From positions 32,001-96,000 of the IMG/VR virus record IMGVR_UViG_2811995030_000001: a DNA stretch of 64,000 bases. One strand, 5' to 3'. Below, in pieces: positions 38,922 through 49,278 of the stretch; position 1 is the first letter of the stretch; the number at the start of each line of letters is the position of its first letter. Position numbers and translations under genes: made by a program. The notes under the pieces were generated by a model. The model was not told where the DNA came from, ran no database searches, and was given only the letters and a program-made list of their open reading frames with translations. Source of the DNA: a virus. Taxonomy: Duplodnaviria; Caudoviricetes.

Positions 38922-39188
38922 ATGGAAGTCGGTGAATGGGTAAAAGTTAATAATAAAATGGGATTCATTGTTTACAAAAATCACCTAGAGACTTCAATAA
39001 AAGTTAAATTTGGACTTAAAAATAGTGAAGTATTTTCTAAAGATCAGTTATCATTTACTGATAATCAGTTATTAAAGGAAGATATTCATACTTTGCAATT
39101 ATTAGCCTTGGAGACAAATGACAAAGATTGGTTTGAGGAGTTAGGAAGATTAAAAATGAAGGGAGTTGGGATAAATGGGAAGATATAG
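38922..39188 (+). CDS. IDEAL-domain protein
   Basis: C-terminal LALETNDKDWFEEL. Confidence 0.7.
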   Translation: MEVGEWVKVNNKMGFIVYKNHLETSIKVKFGLKNSEVFSKDQLSFTDNQLLKEDIHTLQLLALETNDKDWFEELGRLKMKGVGINGKI

Positions 39189-39378
39189 ATTTGAACCAGA
39201 TCAGGAATTAAAAGAGCTACTTAAAAAAGCGCAATTAGAATTAAAAGAAATTACTTCAGTTTTACAAGGGGATAAATCAATAGATAGTAAAGATGAATTT
39301 AATGACTTCTTTGATAAGATGAGAGATTATGAAGATTTAGCTCATGACATATTAGTGAAAGCAAATGATTGTTGGTAG
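39175..39378 (+). CDS. Hypothetical protein
   Basis: GGGAG RBS; overlaps the previous gene. Confidence 0.65.
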   Translation: MGRYRFEPDQELKELLKKAQLELKEITSVLQGDKSIDSKDEFNDFFDKMRDYEDLAHDILVKANDCW

Positions 39379-39909
39379 TAATTTAAATAAATGTTCTATT
39401 TTCTACAGAAGGGAGGAACATGTGTATGAATATAGGTGATAAAGTTCTTTTTTACTCTGGAATTCATCAAAACTTTATTGAGGGTGTAATTATTAGCTCT
39501 AGATTTGAGACGTATGGTATTGACACAGGAATGAGTGTGGTGATTTATAAGCATAAAGATGAATTACGAAAAGTATAGATAAAATCCTATTCTGCAAAAA
39601 GGAGAGGTGTTATGAGAATATTTACAACAATGTGCAGGAATAAAGAGTGTAAGCACAAGGAATTAAAAATTTTCCCTATCAGAGATTGTGAAAAATGTGG
39701 TGGGAAATGTGATGTTTACGTCTTTAGGTAGAGCTATGATTACATATAAGGAGAGATGATATGGACGATTGTAAGCATGAAAGCATTGAGAAAAACTCGT
39801 ATCCAATTTCTCATTATGGTGCATGGAAAGTGGTGACAGTAGAGCAGTGTGAAGATTGTGGAGAGATTCTTAATGAAGAGTCAAAGGAACTATAAAAAGG
39901 AGAGATGAT

Positions 39910-40182
39910 ATGATTTTAAAAGTATTTAAAACAGAAAATAAAATAGAGCGAGATAAAACAATGGATGAATTGAATGAATGGGGAGCGAAAGTTTTTAACG
40001 ATGCATACAAATACTATTCAGATTTAGCGAGAAATGAGAATGAAAATGTGTTTAAGATATTTGATGACTGGTGGAAAGGTAAATGCGTTTCTACTGAAGA
40101 ATATATGAGTAAGCATACAAAAGAAAATAATGACTTAGCATACGGAATTATTATGACAGCTATTTCAAATGGATTTGGATGA
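39910..40182 (+). CDS. Hypothetical protein
   Basis: AAGGAGAG RBS. Confidence 0.7.
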   Translation: MILKVFKTENKIERDKTMDELNEWGAKVFNDAYKYYSDLARNENENVFKIFDDWWKGKCVSTEEYMSKHTKENNDLAYGIIMTAISNGFG

Positions 40183-40405
40183 TATAATTAAATTAAAAAG
40201 GAAGAAGGAGATATTAATGAAAAAGCCTCAAACAAGTTTAGCAGATTTAATAAAGGTTGAGCGTGAAAAGAAATTAGAGGAGTATAGAAATTCATCTGAT
40301 AAAGATGTTAACCATTACTATAAGCCGAACACTACTTTAGCTGAGAGATTAGGAGTAAAAGAAGATGAGTTAGTTATTAATGAAGATGAAGAGGAGGACG
40401 ATTAA
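40169..40405 (+). CDS. Hypothetical protein (start may be the internal ATG near 40217)
   Basis: AAGGAG precedes MKKPQ. Confidence 0.6.
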   Translation: MDLDDIIKLKRKKEILMKKPQTSLADLIKVEREKKLEEYRNSSDKDVNHYYKPNTTLAERLGVKEDELVINEDEEEDD

Positions 40406-40480
40406 TCCTTTTCTCTTCATTCTGTAAAATACCGATTTTAAATAAAATAAAATACGTAAAAAGAGGGAGAAGAAGCAACA

Positions 40481-40819
40481 TTGACGTTAATGAATGAAGG
40501 GAATACGGGAATTCTTAAAGAAATGAGTAAACTTTTGAAGGAAATCGAGATACAAAAAGCAGGACTTAATAAATTAAGCGCTGAAATACAGGAAAGTATG
40601 GATAAGTTTAAGGTTGAGATTAAAGAAAATATGAGTAATTTTAGGACGGAAACTAATAAAGGTATGAATAATTCACAAAATAGTATGAGTGAGGAGTTTC
40701 AACAACTTAATATTAAAGTTGATAAGCTACAAACTGATATGTTAACAGAAATGAAAAAGATCAATGACAAGATTGCTGAGCAGAATAGTTTATTGAGTAT
40801 TAAATTATTTGGTAAATAG
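40481..40819 (+). CDS. Coiled-coil hypothetical protein
   Basis: Heptad-rich; GGGAG RBS. Confidence 0.65.
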   Translation: MTLMNEGNTGILKEMSKLLKEIEIQKAGLNKLSAEIQESMDKFKVEIKENMSNFRTETNKGMNNSQNSMSEEFQQLNIKVDKLQTDMLTEMKKINDKIAEQNSLLSIKLFGK

Positions 40820-40834
40820 GGGAGGAAGATTAAT

Positions 40835-41275
40835 ATGGGATTCGATATTTATTTTGAAGAGAAGCTCTTACATGTTACTCATGAGTTCATGGATTTTATT
40901 AGTTGTGGCGATAATGAATGTTATTTCGGAAGGAATAGAGAGAATTATGATGAAGAGGGATTCGCAATCTCAGGTGATAGCCATCTAGAAAACTCAACGG
41001 ATTTATTGGGACTTGTAAAGGAAGCTAAAAAACATGGGTTAGAAGTTCAGCTTATTGAAGATAAATCATTTGATTGGAGAACCGCTCTGTACATAAAGAA
41101 ATCTGTAGAACAAATAGAGCAAAAATATCGGATAGTCTACAAGAATTTAAAGTTGAATAAAATGTACGATATAAAATGTGTTGATAAAGTATATGAGACA
41201 ATAAAGAAAATGGAAGACAAAGGTGAAGTGCAGATTATAGTTGACGAGCGAAAGGAGTTAGGAGTCAGTCAATAG
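40835..41275 (+). CDS. Hypothetical protein
   Basis: GGGAGG RBS. Confidence 0.75.
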   Translation: MGFDIYFEEKLLHVTHEFMDFISCGDNECYFGRNRENYDEEGFAISGDSHLENSTDLLGLVKEAKKHGLEVQLIEDKSFDWRTALYIKKSVEQIEQKYRIVYKNLKLNKMYDIKCVDKVYETIKKMEDKGEVQIIVDERKELGVSQ

Positions 41276-41619
41276 ATTATAGAAAATGTCAGGTTTCTAT
41301 AAGATTAGGAGGGAATTAATGAACTATAAAGAATTACAAATTATCAAGCATTCACTACAAAAGTATATTAAAAGACCAGAAACAACAGAGAAAGAGGTTA
41401 CAGAAGAAAAAGGTTACTGAATAAAGTTAAAGTTATAGAGGAAGTTAATAGAATGAAAGAAGCATATGACATTAAATAAGATAGGGAGCTGTTTAAAATG
41501 GATAAATACGAATTAAGATATTTTTGCTCAAGATGCAAAGTAGAATATGACGATGTTGAAGAAGCTATTGATTGTTGTATAGAAGTTGTAAAATTAAAAC
41601 AATATTACGAGGAGGAAGA

Positions 41620-41802
41620 GTGATGGGGAAAGAATATATTTTAATTTTTGATAACAAAGAAAAAGAATATGTAGAAGATTATAATATAGGGACTAAGCAT
41701 GTCACAGTAGGTTTTAGAAAATACAATGCATTAAAATTTGTTGATCGTTCTGTTGCAGAATATGTAGCTGAAGTAATGGGCTGCAAGGTGGAGGCTATTT
41801 AG
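41620..41802 (+). CDS. Hypothetical protein
   Basis: GGAGG RBS before GTG/ATG at 41620. Confidence 0.6.
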   Translation: MMGKEYILIFDNKEKEYVEDYNIGTKHVTVGFRKYNALKFVDRSVAEYVAEVMGCKVEAI

Positions 41803-41852
41803 ATAAATTGTCAAATTTATTTAAAAGTTTATCAAGGAAAGGAGATTGTTTA

Positions 41853-42509
41853 TTGGAAGGTAAACAATGCAAGAGTTGTTTAGAATATAAAAAACTTGAA
41901 TATTTTTATGCTCAAAAAAGAAAGAGTAAAAAGAAAGGCGAGTACATGTATTATCCTCCAGAATGTAGGGAATGTACCAAAGATAGGTTTACAAGGTGGA
42001 GAAAAGAAAACGTCATATATTACAGAGCCTATATTAGACAGAGACATAAACGACAGGAAAACAAAGACTCAACTAGGAGAAGTAATGAAGAAAGAAGAAG
42101 AAATGGGAAGTATAAAGAATGGCAGCAAAACAATAGAGAAAAAATGAAAGAATATCATGAAAACAGAGCAATGAACAAAACTCATAATATAACAAAAGAT
42201 GAATGGAGAGTATGTAAAGAATATTTTGATTATAAGTGTGCCTATTGCAATATAACTGAAAATGAAGCCAAAGAGAAACAGGGAAATTATTTCCACAGAG
42301 AGCATGTGGATCACGAAGGAGCTAATGACCTATCTAATTGTGTACCAAGTTGCAAGTCTTGCAATTCGAGTAAGTATACATCTGATTTTGAACATTGGTT
42401 TAAAGAGCTGAGTGGTCTGTATACAGATGAGAAGTATAATAAAATTATTAGTTGGCTTCAAAAAGATTATAAGATGCATGTAGAAGGAGTAAAGGAGGAT
42501 TATTCATGA
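41853..42509 (+). CDS. HNH endonuclease
   Basis: N-terminal CKSC..CREC; CAYC...HREHV..GANDLSNCVPSCKSCNSSK; TTG start after AAGGAG. Confidence 0.88.
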   Translation: MEGKQCKSCLEYKKLEYFYAQKRKSKKKGEYMYYPPECRECTKDRFTRWRKENVIYYRAYIRQRHKRQENKDSTRRSNEERRRNGKYKEWQQNNREKMKEYHENRAMNKTHNITKDEWRVCKEYFDYKCAYCNITENEAKEKQGNYFHREHVDHEGANDLSNCVPSCKSCNSSKYTSDFEHWFKELSGLYTDEKYNKIISWLQKDYKMHVEGVKEDYS

Positions 42510-42654
42510 TTAAACAAAGAGAAATCAGTTGTGGGAACTGTGGGAATAAATATGATGATTGTATGGTGCTTACTTTAAGCTGTCCTGTGTGTTGTAGTAG
42601 CAAAAATCAGAACCCAAGATAAGCTTAAAACTAAATGAGTTAGGATGTGTACTT

Positions 42655-42852
42655 ATGGATAAGAAACGCATAATCAAACTAATGGACATTGAGCAAAGAG
42701 TGAATAAAGATAAGGAGCTAAAGGATAAGATTGTTGAAAAGTTTGAAAATAATCTTTCTACACGCAAATTAAATAAAGGTCGAGTACGTCCTAAAGATTC
42801 AAAAGAGGATGAAATTTTAAAGTCTTTTAAACGTAAAGATGGAGAGATATAA
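42655..42852 (+). CDS. Hypothetical basic protein
   Basis: ORF track; co-oriented. Confidence 0.55.
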   Translation: MDKKRIIKLMDIEQRVNKDKELKDKIVEKFENNLSTRKLNKGRVRPKDSKEDEILKSFKRKDGEI

Positions 42853-43277
42853 GGAGGAGGTTAAATATGCAAACAATTGAAAAAGTTGTTTTTGATGACG
42901 GATATATAATTATAAAATATACTGATGAAACTTATGCGGAAGTATATAATTACGAAGGAGTGATGCCTGTAGTGAAAACTCAGTTTTGGGAAAAATCAGA
43001 CCAGAAAAAGTGGCACAAATTAAATTTTTGTATTGATTAAGTATGAGCTGAGTAGTTCAGTGAAATGTCATTTACTTAAAATGGAGGTTAGATATGACTT
43101 GTGTACATAAGGAAATCATAATGGTTAATGCGATAGGAAGGAAGCTTGAGAGTGGCGGTCATGAAGTAGACTTTGTCATTAGGTGTCATATATGTGATGA
43201 GGAATTATTTCGTATGGGAGAGTATAGAAAGATAATACATAACTATTCAAAGCATTAAATTATAAAGGAGGCTTGCT

Positions 43278-43493
43278 ATGCTAAAGAAAGGCGATAAAGT
43301 AGTAATGCATACTTGTATGGAAGCTGAAATACATGACGGTAAGATTTGGACTTGTAGAACAGATGAATATATTCAAGGTGAAGGAGTTTATGAGCAACGA
43401 TTAGTATTCTTAGATGGGTTTGGAAGTAGCTTTCTAGTTAAGTATTTACAAAGAGTTAATTTAGAAGGGGAGAATACATATGCAAACAGTTGA
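43278..43493 (+). CDS. Hypothetical phage protein
   Basis: AAGGAGG RBS; KGDKVVMHTCMEA. Confidence 0.75.
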   Translation: MLKKGDKVVMHTCMEAEIHDGKIWTCRTDEYIQGEGVYEQRLVFLDGFGSSFLVKYLQRVNLEGENTYANS

Positions 43494-43755
43494 GTTAAGT
43501 TTAAATGACGTTTCTAAGCAGCAGTTAGAAGAAATGAAGCATGCTCTAGGTATGAGTTACAAAAGTAAACCATATCGCAATTACTTTCATGTAAATGAGC
43601 CTGATGATGATTGGGAGGACTTAGTGAATAAAGGATTTGCTAAAAGAGGTACAGGAATCAACAAAGGGACATCAACTGTATATTGGTTAACTTATGCAGC
43701 CACTAAATTAGTTTATGGAAAGAGGATTTCTGAGAAGTATTATAATGAGCTTTAA
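43480..43755 (+). CDS. Hypothetical phage protein
   Basis: MKHALG..PYRNYF..WEDLV.KGFA; GGGGAG RBS. Confidence 0.75.
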   Translation: MQTVELSLNDVSKQQLEEMKHALGMSYKSKPYRNYFHVNEPDDDWEDLVNKGFAKRGTGINKGTSTVYWLTYAATKLVYGKRISEKYYNEL

Positions 43756-43778
43756 TTAAATAATATATAAAAAGGAGA

Positions 43779-43988
43779 ATGATACATATGAAGCAGATTA
43801 GAAGCTATGAAGTGAAGGAGTTCACCTACAATAGTAAGACCTATAGAAATTATCATGTCGCTGATATGGAGCGAGAAGGATGGATTGAGAGCGGTCAAAT
43901 GAAACGCTTAAAACCTAACGTAAGTATTACGGATGCAACTAAAGATGACTATGAGTGGTATGCACATTTTCAAAGAGAAACTACATGA
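43779..43988 (+). CDS. Hypothetical protein
   Basis: AAGGAG RBS. Confidence 0.65.
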   Translation: MIHMKQIRSYEVKEFTYNSKTYRNYHVADMEREGWIESGQMKRLKPNVSITDATKDDYEWYAHFQRETT

Positions 43989-44026
43989 AATCTACTTTTC
44001 ACATAGAAATAAGGGAGGAAAATGAA

Positions 44027-44236
44027 ATGTTGAAATTAAAAAATACGATGATAGAATTTGATTATGTTAATTGGAGAGGTGAAAAGTCTAGAAGAACAGC
44101 TATGGTAGAAAATGTATGGTATGGCTCTAATGAATATCACAAAGAAGATCAATGGTTACTAGAAGCGACTGATAGAGATAAGCAAGAAATAAGGTTGTTT
44201 GCTATGAAAGATATGAGTAATATTAAGTATTGGTAA
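44027..44236 (+). CDS. Stand-alone WYL-like domain protein
   Basis: IEFDYVNWRGEKSRR...QWLLEATDRDKQEIRLFAMKDM; GGGAGG RBS. Confidence 0.7.
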   Translation: MLKLKNTMIEFDYVNWRGEKSRRTAMVENVWYGSNEYHKEDQWLLEATDRDKQEIRLFAMKDMSNIKYW

Positions 44237-44303
44237 GCTGTAAATTGCAATAAAATATCCATTTCCTATAGAAAAATAAATTAGAGAATAATTGAAAAAG
44301 TGC

Positions 44304-44332
44304 TTGCAATATCAGATACAAGAGATTATAAT
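44304..44332 (+). promoter_or_regulatory. SigA promoter with downstream AAATAAAATACAT motif
   Basis: TTGCAA-17 bp-TATAAT; motif at 44348. Confidence 0.65.
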
Positions 44333-44359
44333 TAAGTTAAATCAAACAAAATAAAATAC

Positions 44360-44626
44360 ATGAAAGGAGATAATCTTTTGTATCTTATTGAGTGGAAAGT
44401 TGATGGAAAGGTAAAAACATATGTTGCTGAAGGTTTCATTGAACGTAACGCAAAATTAAACGAACTAGAAGAACATAATCTAAACTATATAGTACATAAT
44501 GACAGCAAAGAATACAATCCTGAAACCTGTAATAAGTGTAAAAGGAATATCGACTTAACAGAAGCAGCTTATTATAAAGGAAACTGTAAAGACTGTTATA
44601 AAGAAAGCTTATTGGCCGAAGTGTGA
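44360..44626 (+). CDS. Hypothetical protein with C-terminal Zn finger
   Basis: CNKC...CKDC. Confidence 0.65.
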   Translation: MKGDNLLYLIEWKVDGKVKTYVAEGFIERNAKLNELEEHNLNYIVHNDSKEYNPETCNKCKRNIDLTEAAYYKGNCKDCYKESLLAEV

Positions 44627-44795
44627 GGAAGTGATCTAGATGGATAAGAAAAAGAAATACGACAAAGTTAAATGTAGACAATGTGGAAGGGAAATTGAAT
44701 TGAAGGAACATATCAATAGATGTAAATGCGGTGCAATAACTAAATTACTAAAGTATTGATAAAAAATTGATTTTAAATAGAGGAGGAGAAGTAGA

Positions 44796-45068
44796 ATGAA
44801 TGTAAAAAGAGAAGGGTTTGCCCTAGTTACTTTAGAAGGTGAGTATTTAACGTTTGAACAAGTCGCAGAAAGAGATATAGAAGTGTACGCTGTAGAGAAC
44901 GCAGATGAGGCTGACCTATTCAACACAGAAATGGAAGCTAATGAAATTGCATTAGATATTCTTAAAGAAAGGTCACAGTGGAATTACCTTTTAGAATCCA
45001 CTAATAATCCTGTTTCAATTGTGAAGGTAATCAAGGAATTAAAAATAGAAAAGACAAAAGAACTTTAG
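44796..45068 (+). CDS. Hypothetical protein
   Basis: GGAGGAG RBS. Confidence 0.7.
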   Translation: MNVKREGFALVTLEGEYLTFEQVAERDIEVYAVENADEADLFNTEMEANEIALDILKERSQWNYLLESTNNPVSIVKVIKELKIEKTKEL

Positions 45069-45256
45069 GTAAAAAGTTAATTTTAAATGAAATAAATTAC
45101 TCTTAGGTGGTGTGTGTATGGGGGCTGTGACATAAAGTTAATAAATTATTCATATTAGAAAGTAATTTATTAACTCAACTAACCCAATTTTTGTTAATAT
45201 GTCTTTAGGACTATTATAATAGTTCTATCACATATTTACGGAAAGAGTGGGAAGAA

Positions 45257-45928
45257 GTGGAGCGAGAAAAGTTGTCTGAGGAAATAAGTATTGCGTACAC
45301 AGATCATCTAAGTGTGATTATTGAAATTGAGGAGAAAGGAATTAAGAAGGAATTTGAGCTAACTAATTCGCAAATGAGTTTGCTTGTAGCTGCTTTTATT
45401 AAGAGAAGACAAAGCACTGAATGGACAGAGAATTTAGAAAAGGAAGTTATTGAAGAGATTGTTAGTTATCTAGACAAACAAATGACTTTTGCAGAAATAT
45501 TAGAAAGGACTGCTTATAAATTCAATGTACCAAAAATTATAATTAAGAAAAGATGGGTGGGAGAAGGTGAGTATCCTTGCTTAAAGGATAAGTATGATAT
45601 AGCTGTTGAGGAGTACAGAAGAAAGAATGAAAGAAAATGGACTGAAGAGGATTTAGATTATATGCAACACTCTATAGAAGAATATCTGGAGTATGGAGGC
45701 ACATCCATAGCAAAGAAACTCAAAGACTTGGCTGATGAGTTTGGTGTGAAGTTAGGAGAAATAGAAAAAATATGGCATGGATTTCAAGGTGCTCCAAGTA
45801 TAAGGGATCGTATGAGTTTTAATCCATATAGAGCAGAAAGACAAAATAAAGCAGGTGACAGAAGAGGTGAAAGGGTTAATCCAATTGATAATTTCTTTAA
45901 AAAGTACCATAGTTATGAAGGAACTTAG
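45257..45928 (+). CDS. Hypothetical protein, possible Myb/HTH-like DNA binder
   Basis: RKWTEEDL...LADEFGV..IEKIW. Confidence 0.6.
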   Translation: MEREKLSEEISIAYTDHLSVIIEIEEKGIKKEFELTNSQMSLLVAAFIKRRQSTEWTENLEKEVIEEIVSYLDKQMTFAEILERTAYKFNVPKIIIKKRWVGEGEYPCLKDKYDIAVEEYRRKNERKWTEEDLDYMQHSIEEYLEYGGTSIAKKLKDLADEFGVKLGEIEKIWHGFQGAPSIRDRMSFNPYRAERQNKAGDRRGERVNPIDNFFKKYHSYEGT

Positions 45929-45974
45929 GTTTATATAATCTATTAAATTACTAACTATAAAAGGGGAGAATTTC

Positions 45975-46976
45975 ATGAAGAAATTAGGAGTATTTGCCGT
46001 AGCATCAGCTTTATGTTTCACTTTAACAGCTTGTGGAGATTCAGGAGAAACTAAAAATAGTGGTAATGAATCACAAGAAGAAAAAGCAAATGAGAAAAAA
46101 GATGTAAAGACGATTAAGGAAGAAGCAAAAACATATACTTATGATGAGCTTAAGGATAAAAAAGCTAAAAAAGGAGCTTCTGTTAAAATTGAAGGTAAAG
46201 TTATTACATCAGATGAAGTAGAGGATGACGATGCAGTCACTAAGTCAACTTATTTCAATGTTCAACCTAAAGAAGCAGAGGAAGATAGTTCAGATGTATT
46301 TGTAGTTAGAAATGATTCAAAAGATAAGTTTAAGATTGATGATAACGCTACGATTTATGGTACTTATGTAGGCCTTGATGAATTCTCAGATGAGCCAACT
46401 GTTGAAGCTGTATCTGTAGAGAATGAAGCTTCTGCAATGAAGAAAGATGGATGGGAAGAGACTGACGCAGGTTTTATGAAGCCTGTAGGGTACGGATATA
46501 ATGATGAAGTTGGCATAGATGGAACAGACGCACCTATAAAACCTGTGCAGTTTGGCTCTATGCAACTATATATCAAGAATATGAGTGTATATGACCTTCG
46601 ACCAAATGAAGATAGTCTATATGAATTTGATAACCAAGAGCAAGTAAGAGTAGTTTTAGTTGATATGAAAGTTAAAAATACAGCCGATCAGGATATTACA
46701 TTCTATCCAGATCAAGCGATTTTGACTACAGATACAGGGGAACAAGTGGAATCCGATTTATTAGGCGATGATTTAGGCGGTGACTTCTTAGGGAAAGTTG
46801 AAAAAGAAGGTATGGCAATGTGGGTGCTTAAAGATCATGAAAAAGAATTGAAGAATATTAAAATGATTATCTCTCCACCTTATGGAATGGATAGTATAGA
46901 AGATATTGGTCAAGAAAAACGCTTGGACTTTGAAATTTTAAATCCAAAAGATGCAAAAGAAAGGGATGCTAAATAA
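45975..46976 (+). CDS. Lipoprotein with DUF4352-like C-terminal domain
   Basis: Lipobox LTAC; acidic; VKNTADQDITFYPDQAILTTDTGEQ. Confidence 0.8.
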   Translation: MKKLGVFAVASALCFTLTACGDSGETKNSGNESQEEKANEKKDVKTIKEEAKTYTYDELKDKKAKKGASVKIEGKVITSDEVEDDDAVTKSTYFNVQPKEAEEDSSDVFVVRNDSKDKFKIDDNATIYGTYVGLDEFSDEPTVEAVSVENEASAMKKDGWEETDAGFMKPVGYGYNDEVGIDGTDAPIKPVQFGSMQLYIKNMSVYDLRPNEDSLYEFDNQEQVRVVLVDMKVKNTADQDITFYPDQAILTTDTGEQVESDLLGDDLGGDFLGKVEKEGMAMWVLKDHEKELKNIKMIISPPYGMDSIEDIGQEKRLDFEILNPKDAKERDAK

Positions 46977-47323
46977 TGAAACGTACAACTGAATTTACAT
47001 TGGGATTAATTGGTGGAATTTTTGGAATCTTGTTTGCCTTCGCTGCTCTCTTTATGGGTGTAATTGATTCAGCATTAAACGCAAGTGGCACTAGTTCTCT
47101 TACTGGTCTTGGATGGGGAGCAGTAATCATGTCTATCATAGGAATTATTGGATCAGTTATTGTAAAAAGTAAAGCAAAACTAGGTGGAGCGCTTATGTTG
47201 ATCGCTGCGATTGGTGGATTCATCTGCATTTCAATGTTCTATATTATATCAGGTGTTTTATTACTAATTGCTGGTATTATGGGATTAGTGAGAAAAGATA
47301 AAAGTAAATCAATGTCTGCATAA
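46976..47323 (+). CDS. DUF4064-like small membrane protein
   Basis: MKRTTEFTLGLIGGIFG; 3-4 TM helices. Confidence 0.8.
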   Translation: MKRTTEFTLGLIGGIFGILFAFAALFMGVIDSALNASGTSSLTGLGWGAVIMSIIGIIGSVIVKSKAKLGGALMLIAAIGGFICISMFYIISGVLLLIAGIMGLVRKDKSKSMSA

Positions 47324-47443
47324 GAAATACTAATAAGGAAGCTCACTCAAAAGGTGGGCTTCTAAATACATAATGCAAGTATTTTATATAAAGTGTTAAT
47401 AAATAAAATAGCGTGTATACTAACACTAAAGGAGTGGATAAGA

Positions 47444-47629
47444 ATGGCTATTTCAAGAGAGCGTTTAGATGAAATTTTAGATCGCCTTTCAGAAGATAAA
47501 CTTAAATTAGTTGAAAAATATGCTGAAACACTGATTAAAGAGGATGAGTTTGATAAAGATTTTGAGGAAGCTTTTGAGTATGGTATTAAGAAATACGACA
47601 AAGCTCTCAAAAGACTGGTGGATAAATAA
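47444..47629 (+). CDS. Antitoxin partner of Doc
   Basis: 61 aa, AAGGAG RBS, ends KKYDKALKRLVDK, stop overlaps the toxin start. Confidence 0.75.
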   Translation: MAISRERLDEILDRLSEDKLKLVEKYAETLIKEDEFDKDFEEAFEYGIKKYDKALKRLVDK

Positions 47630-48033
47630 TGATTAAATATCTTACAGTCAGTCAAGTAATTAAAATTAATGAGCGTATGATTCTTATGTACAACGATAAG
47701 GAACAAATAGGAGTTAAAGACTTATCTCTACTAGAGTCAGCAGTAAACAGGCCTAAACAATCAATCTTTCTTGAGGATGCTTATAAATCTATATTTGAGA
47801 AGGCTGTAGCTTTATTTGAATCCATTGCTAAAAATCACGCCTTCCACAACGGTAATAAAAGAACAGCTCTTATGTGCTTAGTTGTATTTTTAAAGATGAA
47901 TGAAGTAGAGTTTATTATGGACGACAATGAAGCTGATGATTTTGTTGTTGATGTAGTAAATAAGAAATTAGATTTCTATGAAATTGTAAAGGTAGTTAAA
48001 GAGAATTGTATGGTTGATGGTCAAAGATTATAA
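47629..48033 (+). CDS. doc: Doc/Fic-family toxin (death-on-curing)
   Basis: LLESAVNRP, HAFHNGNKRTA. Confidence 0.92.
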   Translation: MIKYLTVSQVIKINERMILMYNDKEQIGVKDLSLLESAVNRPKQSIFLEDAYKSIFEKAVALFESIAKNHAFHNGNKRTALMCLVVFLKMNEVEFIMDDNEADDFVVDVVNKKLDFYEIVKVVKENCMVDGQRL

Positions 48034-48067
48034 AATAAACCTTGTCTTAGAAATGAGGCTGTTAAAT

Positions 48068-48235
48068 ATGGTACGTGACTTTAAAATAGGTGACAAAATA
48101 ATAAGAAAACGTGACGGAAAGTTATTTACTTATATAGGCACAGATGATTCAGACGATGATAACTATGGTCATGTTAAAGAAATGTTAGTTCCTGTTTATT
48201 TACCTGATTTTGAAAAAGTAGAAGATAAACAATAA
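48068..48235 (+). CDS. Hypothetical protein
   Basis: GAGG RBS; FKIGDKI. Confidence 0.55.
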   Translation: MVRDFKIGDKIIRKRDGKLFTYIGTDDSDDDNYGHVKEMLVPVYLPDFEKVEDKQ

Positions 48236-48248
48236 GGAGAGTTATTAA

Positions 48249-48545
48249 ATGACACAAAATAATCAGTCAGACGAATTTAAAGAGTATATTGGAAGAGAGT
48301 ATCAAAAAATAAGTCAAAAGTATAATCAAATAAAAAGAGATTTATTAGAATATATGGGTTATGATGATGCTTTTCTTACGACTAAGGCAGGTTATAGGAA
48401 GCAAACTAAAAATCAGTTAATTGAAACTGTATTTCAACAACGTGCCATGATACGTAGATTATTAGAAGAGTTAGATGAGGATAAGAGAGCAAAGTTAGTA
48501 AATGAATTAGATGAGTTTTATATGGAGAGAGATAATTCTAAGTAA
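48249..48545 (+). CDS. Hypothetical protein
   Basis: AAGGAGAG RBS. Confidence 0.7.
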   Translation: MTQNNQSDEFKEYIGREYQKISQKYNQIKRDLLEYMGYDDAFLTTKAGYRKQTKNQLIETVFQQRAMIRRLLEELDEDKRAKLVNELDEFYMERDNSK

Positions 48546-48569
48546 GATAATGCATGAAGGAGAATTATT

Positions 48570-48929
48570 ATGATTGAAAAAGATATTGATGTCCTAGTAG
48601 GCGAAAGATTAGCGTATCTCAGGAATAAAAAAGGCTATACCATGAGAAAGGTTGCAGAGGCTCTTAGTATTGATCCTAGCTATATTAGCCGTATAGAAAA
48701 AGGGCATATTCCATCTATCAAAATTTTGCAGTCATTTGCAGAATTGTATGAGGTTAAACTGTCAGACTTATTGGAGAGTGGAGACGGTGTTTCTTCAATC
48801 AAAATAGAAGTAGAATATGAATGGTTTGAATTTGTAGAGACGATGAAATAAAGAGATATGAGTCCTGAACAGATTATTAAATACTTAGATACTGTCGAGG
48901 GGATAAAAAGAGACTTGAAAAATCTATAA
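48570..48929 (+). pseudogene. XRE/SinR-like HTH regulator with in-frame premature stop at 48849-48851
   Basis: HTH LRNKKGYTMRKVAEALSIDPSYISRIEKG; the frame continues past TAA as RDMSPEQIIKYLDTVEGIKRDLKNL. Confidence 0.6.
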
Positions 48930-48963
48930 GAAATAATGTTTTTAACTAGAAAGGGGTAGATAT

Positions 48964-49278
48964 ATGGGAAGAGCAATAGTAACAAATTATAAGGATAAGT
49001 GGGCTTTGTATTCATCCATTGTTGAGGATAGTATTGTAGAATTTAAAACAGAAGACGAACTAAAGGCTTACATGGCTAGGGAAATGGTTTACGAGGGAAA
49101 ATTGAAAGCGATTGAGTTATTGATGGATTTCCCTCACAGATTAGTAGTCAATGATTCTGTTCAAGTATGCCCAATGAAGCTTCAATATCATAATTGGTAC
49201 ACAAGACTTTTAGCAACCACTACTGATGAAGAGTATTTTAGGTGTATTGACAGTAAATTGAATGAACTAATGAATTAA
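48964..49278 (+). CDS. Hypothetical protein
   Basis: AAGGGG RBS. Confidence 0.7.
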   Translation: MGRAIVTNYKDKWALYSSIVEDSIVEFKTEDELKAYMAREMVYEGKLKAIELLMDFPHRLVVNDSVQVCPMKLQYHNWYTRLLATTTDEEYFRCIDSKLNELMN

